NCBI GenBank assembly: GCA_010909165.1
Contig: VJWM01000007.1
Location: 496,001-560,000 of the forward strand
Direction of reading: 5' to 3'
Length of the DNA stretch: 64,000 nt
Origin: Anthoceros angustus
Lineage: Eukaryota > Plantae > Anthocerotophyta
Positions 49,218 through 62,069 of the stretch are shown here, in pieces. The notes beneath the pieces are model-generated. The model ran no database searches. It worked only from the letters and a program-made list of their open reading frames with translations, and was not told the origin of the DNA. Position 1 is the stretch's first letter, and each line of letters starts with the position of its first letter. Position numbers and translations under genes: made by a program.

Positions 49218-52200
49218 ATGGTGCAAATGCACCGTCTGTCGGTCGCCCACGGCAGCAATGCGGCAGCCATCGCCGCGCCGTCGCTGCTGCTGCTTCTTCT
49301 TCTCCTTCTCCTGCTCTGTCCAGCCCCGTCTTGTGCTTCGCTTGAGCTGCAGGTGGACTTCCGCAGAATCTCTCCCTGCCTGGACAGCATCCAGGATGGC
49401 ACCACATTGGACCGATGGCTTGCTTGCGTCGAGCAGGAACCGGAGCAGGGGGAGGATCAGGAACGGGAACAGGAGCAGGAGCAGCCAGGCCGTAGCGTGG
49501 GGGTCCCAGTAGACTGCAGCGCTGGAACCAAGTGGGAGGCTCAGTTGGGTTTTGTTGCGGCAGGTGACGGGCTTGAATTTGGTTCGACCTCTGCCCATGA
49601 TGCTCCACCGGACACAGTAGGCAGCGATGGTGGAAACGGGTGGGAGGCGGGGGCAGAGGTGCTTGTGCAGACTGTAGGAGGCGGGCACGAATTTGGGGTG
49701 TCGCTGGGCGCTCAGGATGATGCCTCTGTCCATGACGCCGTACCGGACCCAGATTGTGGTGATGGAGGAAACGGCTGGGAGTCGGGCGTAGAGGGAGTTC
49801 TGCAGACTGCAGAGGACCGGCATAAATGTGGGTCTTCGCTGGGCAATCAGGATGAAACCTCTGCGGATGATGCTCCGCAGGATCCTGTAGTAGGCGAGTG
49901 GATTTCTCACCTTGTGTCTCACGTTCTGTGCGGGTTTCTCGGGATGTTGCTGATGAGACCTTTGAAGGGGAAACGGGCGCTCGTCACCGATGAGAGCAGT
50001 GTGGAGGAATGTGAAGCAGCCCACCAGAGTGTGCTGGGCTCCGTGCCAATCGTGACAGTGGCTGGAAATGGTGACATGAAGCAGGCTCACGGGGAGCGGG
50101 TGCAGAGGCCCTGGAGTACCTCTGAGTCATGGGAAGCAACGCCGGTACTGGAGTCTGAGCCACTGTCTGTCGGTGGGAACGTCTCAGCAAGAGCACTGTC
50201 GGCTCCGTTGGGCATGGCCATTGGGACTCTTGTTGCGGAGGTACTCATCCGGCCTTTATGACCCTTCTTCATAGCCAGGAGCTCGCCACCGTGCTAACAA
50301 GCTGGCGCTGGTTGCAGATTCTGGATGCCAGCTGCTCTGGCTCCGCCTTGTTTTCTGCGGATCAGCTGTCTAAGGTGGGTACAGCCAAGCACTACTGCAA
50401 AGGTCTTTGACGCCATGGCCGTCTCACTCATGTTCATGTTTAGGTCTTTAATCCCTTCTTCGTGTGCGTTCTATCAGATTTTGCAAGTAGCCATGGAGTC
50501 ACAGTTGTTGCCGGTATGTTAGCTTGTTCTTCATGCCCATTTGTAGCTTTCTCTTCGACAAAGCCTATGTTCTCCTGATGCGAGGAGAGTAGCTGGTGAT
50601 GCACAGGTGATGGGCACAGCATGCAGTCCCTTTGTGAAGGATGTGAAACAGACTTTCAGGACTACGTACAATACACTCTGGAGCGTGCGTCATGCAATTC
50701 CACGAGTTGCGGATGTGGAGCTGAGTGGTGCTGAGAGGCTGGCGTGTCCACTAGAGAAGGTACCAGGTCCGTCAAGGGTTGGAAGCGGCACTCAGAAGCT
50801 GACACCTGGATTGGCAACTCTTGCTCCAGTGGTGGAGCAGGCTGCAGCTTCACGTGACACCTGTGAAGTTCGCAGCCCAGTTCGCGAAGCGTGCGGTGAA
50901 GCTGTGGCCATGGATGCCTCATCGGTGACTGACAACCCATGGTTGGCCTCTGGTGTTACTGACAAGGTCCCTGAGGCTGGGCATGGCTGGTCAGACGATG
51001 AGGGATCATGCTTTTCCAAATGTGTGAACGATGTGGAGGAAGTTGTGGAAGAAAATGGCAGTGCAAGTGCAGCCTATAGCTTGCATACATTAGACGATGC
51101 TCTTATATTGGCCCCCCCACCTCAATTTCCTCAACTATCAGCTGAGGAAGCCATTTTGGAAGTCCTTGTAAGGAATACCAAGGCCCTTGAGGAGCGCAAT
51201 TATTACAAGCAATTTGAAATCGTGCACAAGATGAAGCAGCTGAGTCTGAAAGAGCAGCAGTTGGAAGTGTCCTTTGAGTCCAATCAGATCATGAAGCAGA
51301 ATGTGAGTCTCAGCAAGGAGTCTAATCAGATCTTGCGGCGGAACGTAGATGTGAGTGAAGATACAAAGGATATCATGAAGCAAGGTCTTGAGCTGAGCCG
51401 TGGAAGGACTCTGCTAAAGGAAAATGAGATAGAAGACCGAAAGTTGAAAGTTGCGTATCTGGAACTGAGCAAGGCTTGTGCGGACGAGCTGGTAGCTGGG
51501 CTATGTGTAATGCTGCTGGCATTAGCGTATGCTGGTTGGAATTACTCCTATGACAGACTCTCTAACATGGTGTCATCCTGTCAGCCAGTAGCTAAGGTAC
51601 GTGGAATGTGACTTCCCCTCTCCCCCCAGCTGCTGCTCCTCCTTCTCTGCAAACCGTTGCTTGTTGGGGTTTGCTTAGTAGTGGCAGGAACTGTGTGCAG
51701 GTGCGACATCGTTCTGGGTGGATGGGCTCTGGTATTTATCAGTCGGCAGTGGATTCATTAACTGGACATGCTCAGGCACTGATGTGTGAAATCACTGTTG
51801 CTGGGCGAATGCTTGCTGGAACAGCGATCATTACCTTGGTGGCTTCCCTGCTTCTGCGAAGGAGTGTGACTAGTGCTAGTGAGGCCATGCCTGTGTCAGT
51901 CATTGTGATAGTTCTTGGGGTGGTTTGTGGCTTCGCTGGTAAGTTATCTGTGGACAGCCTCGGTGGGAGTGGTCTGTACTGGCTGTTACTCTGGGAAGGC
52001 CTGTGTCTGTTGCATGCGTTTGCCAATTGCTATACCCCTTTGCTATACCGTTGTTTAAATGGAAGTCCTTCTCATCGTGAGGGGTCAGTGCCGAGAAGGT
52101 GTCAATTTCTTTGGCTTCGGCGCTTCCTCTTCCACTTCAATCTAGTGCTCTTCATTCCTTTGATGGCGGGTCTTGTGCCCTTCGCATCATTTAGACTGTT

Positions 52201-52267
52201 TGTCTCTAGGAATTTGCTGGTGCTCCTAATCTTGGTTTCAAGGTTCAGTGGGAGCCTACAATTCTGA
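49218..52267 (+). CDS. CPR5: CPR5-like nuclear-envelope membrane protein with a long N-terminal extension
   Basis: ALSAPLGMAIGTLVAE, FVKDVKQTFRTT, a coiled coil, and C-terminal VLGVVCGFAGKLSVDSLGGSGLYWLLLWE.LCLLH match CPR5 blocks. The start codon is uncertain. Confidence 0.85.
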
Positions 52268-52557
52268 CAACTGTGGCGGGGCAGCTAGCTAGAGCACCGC
52301 ACACTCAGTAGTTTTGTCTTCTTAACATGTTCATCTCTGAGTTGTCAACAATTTCAATACCCGCTCATACCAGACAGCACTAGGGGCAGGATCACGTAGT
52401 TTGCCTGTTAGTCCTGTGCAGATAGTTGTACATACGTGATGGAGAGTACCGTACAGCAGAGTCACACAGCATGCCTTTGTAGCAAGGAATTTTGATCTTC
52501 CAGGACAGTGCACTTGTCTTTTTGCGCTAACAGCCAGTGAGGCCGCTACAAGTTTAT

Positions 52558-54384
52558 TCAAACAGCCGCTGCTTCTAAAGCCCGGATAACGGAAGCGAGG
52601 CTTAAACATTTTCTGAGTGCTTCTACGACTGCCTCGTGTGCCGCTCTCTGTTCTTTTAAAATTCGCAAGGCCTGTATAACCGCCCATCGAGCTTGGTTGG
52701 ACATCTGGGTCAAGCGGCAACACATAGTAAGTACGAGGGACGTCCTATTATCAGGAGTAAGAAATTTAGTGCGCTTCATGGATGGGAGACCTGTGCAGGT
52801 GACCAGGAGGGCTTCAGTTGAGAGACCACAGCTTTGAACATGTTTTCGTCGCCCTCCCCACCTTCAGCTTCTCCGTACACCATCGCTTCAGCAGCTATTC
52901 CAGCAAATATGACAATACAGTACCTGGTGCAGGGACGGGCAAAGCAGTGAGTTGCTGCATCCAAGCTTGAAGATTTTGCAAGACAAGCTCACCTATCCAA
53001 CGACGCACTTGTGATCCGGTTCTGTTTCAACTCCTCTTCTAATGACGCATCCCAGAATTGCGTCCCAGCCTGCACCACATTTCTGTTCCAGCTCAGTCGA
53101 CCGGGTCTCCCTGACATTCTCACTACACCGCCCATGGAAGAGCCCGGTTCCATACCTGTCCCTGAATGCCCATTTTCAGAGCCTGCATTGCATCCAGAAT
53201 CACTCCTCGAACTGGACAACCAAGGAAGTACGCTGTATTCCAACCTAGTCCAATCAGAAGATATTCACCCAGAAGAGCACATGCCACGGTGGTGATGCAT
53301 CACACGGAGATAGTCCTACCAGCAAGAACATGGCCTGCTTCATGAACAAGTATTCTTTCCCTATACGCAGGGAAGAGACTCAAAACCTGTCCGTAACCAG
53401 TCCCCCCAAGATAAATTGCATCTGCCAAACCCAGGGACATCAACAATAAAATGGTGGGCCGAATTTCCAGGTGGTTGTCCACAGCGAAGGAGAAAAGAGC
53501 CAGCGAAGCAACCAAGACGGTGCCCGAGACTCCTGACACGCCCCACTTCTTGGGAGAGAGCTTAGAAGCTGCCACTCAACCGACCCAAAGCCTGGCATGA
53601 GTAGAACGGAAAACGAAATCCGCAACCGCATGGAAAAAAGAAGGGAGGGAGCGAGGAGGGCACCTTCCAACCCGGTCGACGCCATCAAAACGGCAGGCGT
53701 CACCACGCGTTCTCCCTCCGAAGCTGTGCTGTGCGATTCCCCAGCAGCAAAGTGAGAATGGGAAAGAACGAAGTCGAAATCGGGACCGGCGGACAGTACC
53801 CGGGTGCAGCTGCCCCTTACCCCGGTCCTTGTACCGGCCGAAATTCGGAAGCAATCCCCTCACATTGAGCCAATTGTAGGCTTTGGCTACCAACGTGAGG
53901 TCCGAGGTACTGAGGCAGGCGTTTAGAAGCCTGAGAAACTGCTGCTGGCCTTGCGATACAGATGGTGCGCCACTAGGCAGTGCCATGACCATAACTTCTG
54001 CACCACAGTACACAAGCAATCACACCATCCGCTTCCGCATCAGTCCACTCCAGTTCCAGTTCCAGCTACAGCACGGCCCCAGACTGCAAGGGTACCTCCT
54101 TCCTCCTGAACCCGGGCCCCAGATGCGTCAGGCCGTGCAGCATCCAGCAGCTCAAGAGCCCTCGCCAGATCCATGCCCTCCAAGGCATCCTCGTATTCCT
54201 GGAAATAAGTGTCGCCTAGACTCCGGCTTCGCCTCCCGCCCGATCCAGCCCTTGCCCTCAAGGTTGCGAGTCGAGCCCGCCGGGCCGGCAGCGAGAGAGA
54301 TGGCCGGGACGTGGTGGCAAGGAGGTGGCTACTTCGGCGCAAGATGACGGCCGCGCCTGTCCAAGCCGGGCACCGGGCCGCCAT
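52558..54384 (-). CDS. VIR3: Chloroplast M41-like metalloprotease VIRESCENT3 family
   Basis: RGLLPNFG, KLSPKKWG, RILVHEAGH, QAGTQFWD, FAGIAAEAMVYGEAEGG, MSNQARWAV. An alternative ATG lies at 54444. Confidence 0.9.
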
Positions 54385-54822
54385 GAGAGGAGCCAGAGGG
54401 TCGGGTCTGGGCCTGCCCACGAAGAGAAGAAAAGCGAGATGCATAAAAGCTTGACGCACAGATTGAAATAAGACGGGCCAAGAATATCAGGCACCAGAGC
54501 GAGTGTACCTAGTCCAGAACCTAGTCGACCGGTTTAGTGTACAATCGAGTGAAGGCGCCAGCAAGAGCAGCAGCTAACAAGGTACGCTATCACCGCCTGC
54601 TTGACTGCCTGCCTGCGCCTGTCACTCCCACATCAGCAATCTACCAGACTAAAACACAAGCATCGTGATGCTTCTTTCCACTATCCCGCTACCCACAACC
54701 CCAGACACTCCATTCCAGCAACAGACCTGGACGATGTGGCGTTCCGATTTAAGGCCTGGTATCGGATATCCATCCCCCGTATCTTTGCGGCACAGGCAGC
54801 ACTCTGCAGGCAGTCCAAGCTC

Positions 54823-55983
54823 TCAGCAGAACTTCCAATGGTTGTTGCAGTTCACACAGGTCACAAACGTTGTCATGGGCTCGTCAGCACTTCGGGTCTG
54901 CATCTGGAAATATGTGGTTTTCCGCTGTCCGCACTTGCCACACTTGAATTGATCCGTCGAGGCTGCCTGCTTCAGCCCCCGTTCACACTCGAACAAAGCC
55001 TTCTCTTTTATTCTCCCGTTTTCTAGCTTCCGCTGATCACTGGCCAGGTCTTCCACACTCATGGTCACCAGCTGCTCCGCCTGGATTTCCCCTAACAGTA
55101 CCCTTCTTCTGAGATCCGGGTTCTTGGGATCCTTCATGTTGAACATGATGGACCGGATCTTAGCTTTGTTCACCCCTGTGGACAGCCCCAGCTTCCCGAA
55201 CATGGCCCTTTCCACATCACCAGCAACCTTGGCCACATCCCTCTTCTCTGCAACTTGACGGACTTCCGGGTCTACCTCACTGGACACCTTCAGCAGTGCC
55301 TCCAATAACAGCTCCTGCAATTTGTCCCTTGATTCACTGCCAGTCTTCACAATCTTGGGCTTCACCTTGGCCGCAGGCGCGTCAGCAGGCTTCGGAGGGG
55401 ACACAGATTTGGAGGATTTTGAGTTGGTGGTGACGGGCACGCCGGGAGAGCCCTTCTTCTCTGATTTTTCAGAAGCGATAACTCTCCTCCACTCGTCCAC
55501 CACCGACTGAGCCATAGTCGCAATTTTAGGCCTCTTGTGCTTGGCTAGTTTCTTCAGCTCCCTGCCGACCTGCCATGCACGAGCTGCACGAATCAACAAC
55601 CTCAAACACGACCATATAACGCACATGACCGGGTATCCAAAAATCTCGCGCCCCATCACACCACAAAACCCTACAAAACGCAGAGCCTGGCCAGCAAAAA
55701 AGAAATCCAATATGCCCATCGCAATTGCTGCAGCAACAAGGAGCAGCAGAGGAAGGACATCTTGCTGAGCAGAAGTACCAGCCTAGAAAAAACATGACCA
55801 CTGCAGTACCTGCGTGTCAACCAGCACGGAAGTGGTTACCGACACGGATTTCATAGCTTTCAAAGCATCCACGCAGCGCTCTTCCTCCGAATTCACTGCA
55901 GATCCCTCTCCCACGGCTTTCTCCGCTGCCCTGCTTGCCTTCTCGAATAGTTCCACCAGCACCTCGGCATTTTGCTTTCCCAT
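54823..55983 (-). CDS. TFIIS: Transcription elongation factor TFIIS, 2 exons (55983-55810, 55569-54823)
   Basis: N-terminal EEERCVDALK..TQ/VG, central RSIMFNMKDPKNPDLR, and zinc ribbon QMQTRSADEPMTTFVTC. Confidence 0.96.
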
Positions 55984-58084
55984 CGCTTTTGATCTCCCGT
56001 GTTGCCTCAGCTCGTGCTGGCCCCGGCCGGGCTTTTCTCCAGTGGTGTCGAGGCAGTCACTAGTTCCTATATCGCGTGATTTCTCACCCTTCCCCGTGAC
56101 CGTCCTTGGAATCATTTTCAAACTGGAGTGGGAAAGAAAGGATAGGTTAAGTCACTTAACCTATTCTTTCTTGACCCACTTCTAGGTATTTAACAGAGGC
56201 AGGTATTTAAGAGCAAGAAGAGTTTTGTACCATTTACAAAGATGTACTTCATAAATTCAAAATTGTACTAGCAGCCATCAAAAGAAGTTAAAGGAACGGT
56301 CATACAAGAGGTTAAAGCATATATATATATAGAGGTATTTTCTTCAAAGGGGATTTAAAGTTTTCATAACAAAATATTACTAGCTTCTTTTCTAGGACTG
56401 CTCTCTTGGTTTGATTTACAAGTAATTAAGGACGTTAAACCACATATATAAAGATATTTTGCTAAGGGTAGATTTGTAGTTTATGTATCACAAGGTTAGT
56501 TGCTTCCTTTTGAGATTTGCAAGAATTCTAGAAGGCTTTATTGATGACCTTCCCTCATACCAGGCGAAGGACCATTGGCAAGCAAGCCATTGGGACTGCG
56601 GGTCTACAAAGACAAGCTAAGAGGAAGAGGATATGCAACCTACAAGCGTGAAGAGGAGGCAGAGAGGGTAGCGAGATTTTACTAACGTATCAATAACTTG
56701 TTGCTAAACGTTTGTCATCAACTTTTGTGTGCTTCTTGTTGTATATGTAGATGCTTTTAGTATTCTTGATCCATTTGGTAATATCGCCATCAAATGAAAT
56801 TTGCAATTCAATTGTTGATAGATCCTCCATGAAGTTAAACACCATAATTTTTGAAGGGGAAAATATACTCCATGGGGGTTTTTAATGAATAAGCGCTGAA
56901 GGGGGTTTGTGATGGGTTTTAACGCAGCGGTTTTTGATATTTTGTGGAAACTAGAGGGAAAAAAAGGGTCCGGCCCATCGATCACACCACTTTTCAGCAT
57001 CACATCTCGCCGCCGAAGGGTGTCCCTATTCCCAGACCTATTTGTTTTGGGCAAAGTAAGACCCACAATGCAGACCAATTCAGCCAGAGGAGCAATACCG
57101 TTTTCTGATTTTTGCAATGCCAATGCTCCCATGCAAGGGTACTGCAATCCCGCGGACAGGTTCATTCCAAATCACTTATTCATGGGGAACAACATTTGGT
57201 TTATCGTGCAGTTTGAATTTATGATCCCTGACTCAATACTGGAATGGCATGTAAGCAAGGAAGGGGGCGCCGGTTGGCCAGCGCTCTCGCCCATGTCTAC
57301 AAGGATAACTTCAACATGTTTGCCTCCCATTTGGCCAGCACTTACTTGAGAATGAAATAGAACATGAGATTCTAAATTTTACAAAAAAAAAATAGAAATT
57401 AGACCTTACAACATGTCACCCATCTCATTGTTGATCCACCTCTAAAATGCTTAACATGTGTTTCGATCGACTCTAGAGGGCCTTCAATCTCGCCATGTGC
57501 GCCCTGGAGCGTGCCACAGATCAATAGCTTTTAGGCTAAAGATCAGCCCCATAACGCTAGGCTCAATCCGGATCAAAACTTGGGATTGAATTTTTATGGG
57601 ATCTTCTGCGATCTCGTGGCTGGATTCCTTGGGTGCAAACGCCCTTACATTCCTTGTTTCCTACACTGCTCGGAGGGTCTACAAATCCACCACATATTGC
57701 TAGGCTATTCTCCAATTCTAGATTTGCAAGGATTATGAATTCTCCATGTAGATGCCCTAGTCCCTAGTGTGCATGGCATGGTGTGTGAGACAAACTCTGT
57801 ACACCGGATACCACTAGACCAGGAGTGGCCGTCGGCCGACTGGCGCCCCAGAGCCATCAAACTCGGTTTAGTTTAGGAGGATGAGCGGAAGCGATAAATG
57901 ACGTTGGGACACAGTGATGAAGTCTCTGACTGACTGTCAATCTATCCACCTTACAATCTAAGATGAAGGCTTTTGTCCACCGACACCCATGATCGGGGAA
58001 ACCCTAAATGCATACCCTAAACTAGTGCCAATCCATACTACCACCATTGACATTGGTTCAGGCTGGTCTTCCATGAATTGACGT

Positions 58085-58868
58085 CTAGTCCTCCCCAGAG
58101 TTCACGCCTTCGTCATCACTGGGCCCGACTTCAACAACATTGTCATCACTATCGTCGGCGACACTTTGACTGGTTGGCTGTATGAATCCTCGCAAGTCGC
58201 TCGACTTGTCCCTAATCGCCTTTTTGTCCACCGCATACAAATGTTTCCGTGCATTCAATATAAACCCATAATAAAGGATTATTGTATCATTCACATACAT
58301 CTCCTGTATGTTTTTGGGATAAAAGACCTTATTCCCTTTTTTCCCCAGTGTTCGTCCATCATGGTTCCCTCTTCCCCAGACTATATATTGCCCACATATC
58401 TCCTTTCGTACACATCTGTATGATCTGTCTGATACCGGTGGATAAGAAAGTGAGCTCGGGGTGCATCCAACTTCACATCCGTGACCTTCCCAATCCAGAA
58501 TGGTCTGTTGTGTATGTCTGTGGTGCAGGGCACTGCGAGAAACATTCCTTTTCTAATTTCTGCAATATCACTATTCAACTGTGCCATTTCACGCTGTTGC
58601 CTTCCAATGTTTTGATATGCCCCCAGATACATATTCCGCTGGGGAAGGTCCCTCAACAATGCTTCCTCTAGCAAAGCTTTATCAAGCACATAAAGGGGCT
58701 GGGTTGTCTCCTCTACGTCTGCACGGGAAAACAATTTCCAAGGACACTCCAGAACCAGGCTGATGTGGTTTTTAACAATAACAACAATCTCTTCCTGGTC
58801 CACCCAGAATTCTTCCCATCACTTGTACTCATCGGCTGTTACATAGGGTCGTAGTCCCAGTAACCCTC
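58085..58868 (-). pseudogene. C-terminal fragment of a putative transposase with a Tudor/SH3-like tail
   Basis: Begins at a CAG splice acceptor. Reads LRPYVTADEYK*WEEFW ... IRKGMFLAVPC...PFWIGKVTDV...LIHRY ... ILYYGFILNARKHL, then an acidic tail. No DDE core is visible. Confidence 0.5.
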
Positions 58869-58889
58869 CTGCATCATAGGAGAGTCATA

Positions 58890-61800
58890 TCGAGTTGCAT
58901 GAACTAGAAGATGAGGAGAACAGTGAGAATGAAGAGGGTAGTGAGCTTGGCCCAGAGGATGAGGACAACGGCCCCATACCTGATGTGCTGGGACACTCTG
59001 ATGATGAGCATTCAGATGCGCAATGAAAGGACAGGAATAGGGGGGTTTTCATGCCCAATGACATGCCGGGTGCGTCGATGGGGGTGCCTATTGTGAGGTA
59101 CGACCCAGATGGCGGGGAAGGGCGCCGGCCAGCCAGTGCCCTCACAGTACATCCTCAAGGTCAAGACCTCAGAACCCCGGATCCGATATGGTTTGTCAAT
59201 TTCCCTCAAGGGGATGATGGACTTGGGCGCCGACTGGCCGGCGCCCCCATGGCAGCAGCACTAGGACATGGTGCTGTGGAGGAGGAGGAAGGAGAAGGGC
59301 GCCGGCCGGCTGGCGCCCCTTTAAGGCCAGCCATGGAAGATGCCACAGAGAAGAGGGTTTCGAAGGGGAAGAGGAAAGCATGTACTTTATATGAGGTAGG
59401 GGGGAGTAGGCAGTCGCAAAGCGAGGAGGCCGGCCGACTGGGAAATCGAAGAGGAAAGGGAATAAAAGCCAGAGGGATTTGGATGACATCCCAACTGTTC
59501 AAGTTTCAACAAATCACGAAAGGCTTGCCGAAGCTATCCGGGATGAAGACCCCCTAACACGCAACAGAGAAGTAGCTTATTCAAAGAAGGTCGTATTGGA
59601 AACAGTGCTGGTGAAATTAGAGAACCTACGGCCAGTATCCTACCTCACAACAGATGCACAGATACGCAGGATTGACGAAGCATGGGCCAATTATTTGGTG
59701 CGTGTGATTTCAAAAGGAAGGATTGAAGAAGGAGTTTTGCCTCTATTATGTATGATTGATCCTACAAAGTGCATTACCTAGAGAAGCTGGACTGACAGAG
59801 ATTCAAGGCCAAAAAATATGTCATGAGAGTGCTTGGAGGAAACCACACATATGTGGCGATGACGCATCTTACAGACACCTCTCCAAGCATGAAGCGCTTT
59901 CAGTATTTTGAGGCTCATGTGTACTGTGGCCTTAATGTACAGCAGACGTGAGTCTTGGCCACGGACCACAATACTATGTCTGATAAGCGCCGAAAGATGA
60001 ATTTCATAGAGCAGGTGAGATATTTGAGGGATGAATTGATTATTGCTAAATGCGACAGTGTGCAGATGACCATGACATGGAAGTTCAACCTGTACAAGGT
60101 TCTGGGCCTTATTGAGGATGCTGTGTATAAGCAGAACGATGTGGACAACATGATCCATATATTGTGCATCGCAAAACAAGAGGGCAGGTTCTGGGAAAAT
60201 ATAGACAAGATTTTCATCAAGTGGGAAGTAGGGGAGTCGCCTGAACAGAAGAAGCATGTGGTAGCGGGGATAAGCAAAAAGAGCAAGGGGAAGCGGAAGG
60301 TGGCTGCCGAGCCCAAAAAAATTGACTTCGCCTATATGAAGCCGAAGGATATGTTGGCAAAGCCTTGGGAATCATTTCAAGGAATTCGAACAGGAGAGTG
60401 TGGGCAGCAGATACTTATAACAGCTTGAGAGAAAGTTCTGGCAAGTCTTATTGACTTGAAAGGAATGGATGACAACATATCTCTGCGGAAAAAATTTCAT
60501 ATTATTCAAGTAGCGATGGTAAAACACCTTGGTTGCTCATCATTCGAGGAGATGCGGCAAAAGTACCCTCAGCACTCCACAGATCAAATCTTGCTCGTTT
60601 TAAGACGGCATTTGCCGGAAGGGTATGCCATTTCTTCCATTCGCACTTTACTTTGGCTCTGATATTGGAGGGCGCCGGCCGACCAGCGCCCTCCATAGTA
60701 GAATGTAATTGTAGGTAGGAGCAGTGCTTTGCACTGGAGAGGGCGCCGGCCAGCCGAGGCCCTCCACAGTGCAAAGCAGTGCTGTATAGGATAAAGGCTA
60801 TAGCTCTTTGGGTGGGGTAGGGCGTCATCCGGCCGGCATCCTCCCATGCAGCATGTCTCTCCATTTGCTTGTACTGTTCTCTTGTTGTTATTATAATATG
60901 CTCAGAAACAGATTGATAACTTTGCAGCAATTGAAGGACGTGGAGGTCCTAATGAAGCTACCCGATGACTTTCGACATTTCATTTTCAAGATCAATAAAT
61001 TGGAAGGGACTGGAGAATGAAAAAAGGGCTTTGGCGGACAAGGACTTGGAAGAAGGACTTCATGTTTTCAATGTGCCATCGAGAGAGAAACAGATGCAGT
61101 ACCAGGTGGAAGCACACAATGTTCTGGACATGCTTGGGTATTTGAGAGGGAGGAGGTACACCCTACTAGTCATGGACGTCTCCTGTGGATTTGACATCGG
61201 GCCAATGGCTAAACGAATGGATTTATCAATTATGGGTACAGTTTTCCAAAGCTTCCAAGAGAAGACCTTAAGTGACGAGTTCAGAATTATCATAATGCAT
61301 GGTGTAGAAGAAGCCCATACCATCAGGGAGGCTATGCGGAAGTCGTGTGTCAAAGGAGGCTTAGTATCATTTATCTGGAACAAGACTAACATGAACAACG
61401 ACAGAGGTGGATTTGAGAATGTGGAGTACGTTACAGTAGGATGGGGTGTGAAAGGAGGATGTGCGAAGGAAAGGGCTGCCATGATGCCAAATGTGATGCA
61501 CGGGACTTTCAACAATGAAAGGTTCGTTATTGGACACCCTACTGTCGTGAAGAAACATGTTTACCTCTCTCATGACAAGTTGGTGGTGTGCCCATACCAG
61601 CAACCAGTGGGGCTCATGATGAAATTGGTGAGGACATTGAGGACTTTTGAGGTGCGCAGGTTATACTGCACAACGCATACACGGTATTGATGTCCTACCA
61701 TATGCAGAGGAAGAGTTGACTTTTGAGCCGCATTAGAGGGGGCTATCTCAATTCTGGGCAAAGAAGGTTTGTATCAATGAAAAGGACTGCTTTAAAGCCC

Positions 61801-62069
61801 AAATTGTTGCATTGAGTGCGAAGAGGTTGAAGCCGACAACCGGCGAACTTATGAATGATGGATAACAGACTTTGGATGCTGTTTGGCTGGCGATCTCGAC
61901 AGATGCCGATCCCCAGAATGATATCAATGAAGACAAGCAGGCGTTAGGCAATGATAGCTTTGACGCGCAGGAGATGGAACACATGCGCAATTTGGCAGTT
62001 GTTGTAGATTTAGTCTCGGTGCAAGAAATGGTCGATTCGCAGATAAGCCCTCATGAGGGACCATTATAG
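58890..62069 (+). pseudogene. ParB/Srx-like domain fused to a beta-class N4C/N6A DNA methyltransferase; stops and frameshifts; intron at ~60623-60905
   Basis: ParB-like: LENLRP...IRRID..YLVRVI...VLGGNH..A...LATDHN...KMNFIEQV. MTase-like: LLVMDVSCG (motif IV position), FIWNKTN...F.NVEYV, CPYQQPVGLMMKLV, and RRFVS-EKD across a frameshift. Confidence 0.75.

Noticed and set aside
49017-50090. 357-aa minus-strand ORF
   Set aside because: Antisense shadow of the GC-rich CPR5 first exon.
54601-55026. Plus-strand ORFs overlapping the TFIIS 3' end
   Set aside because: Antisense shadows of a highly conserved gene.
56704-57349. ORFs crossing the left TIR
   Set aside because: They span the element boundary and non-coding subterminal sequence, with no protein motif.
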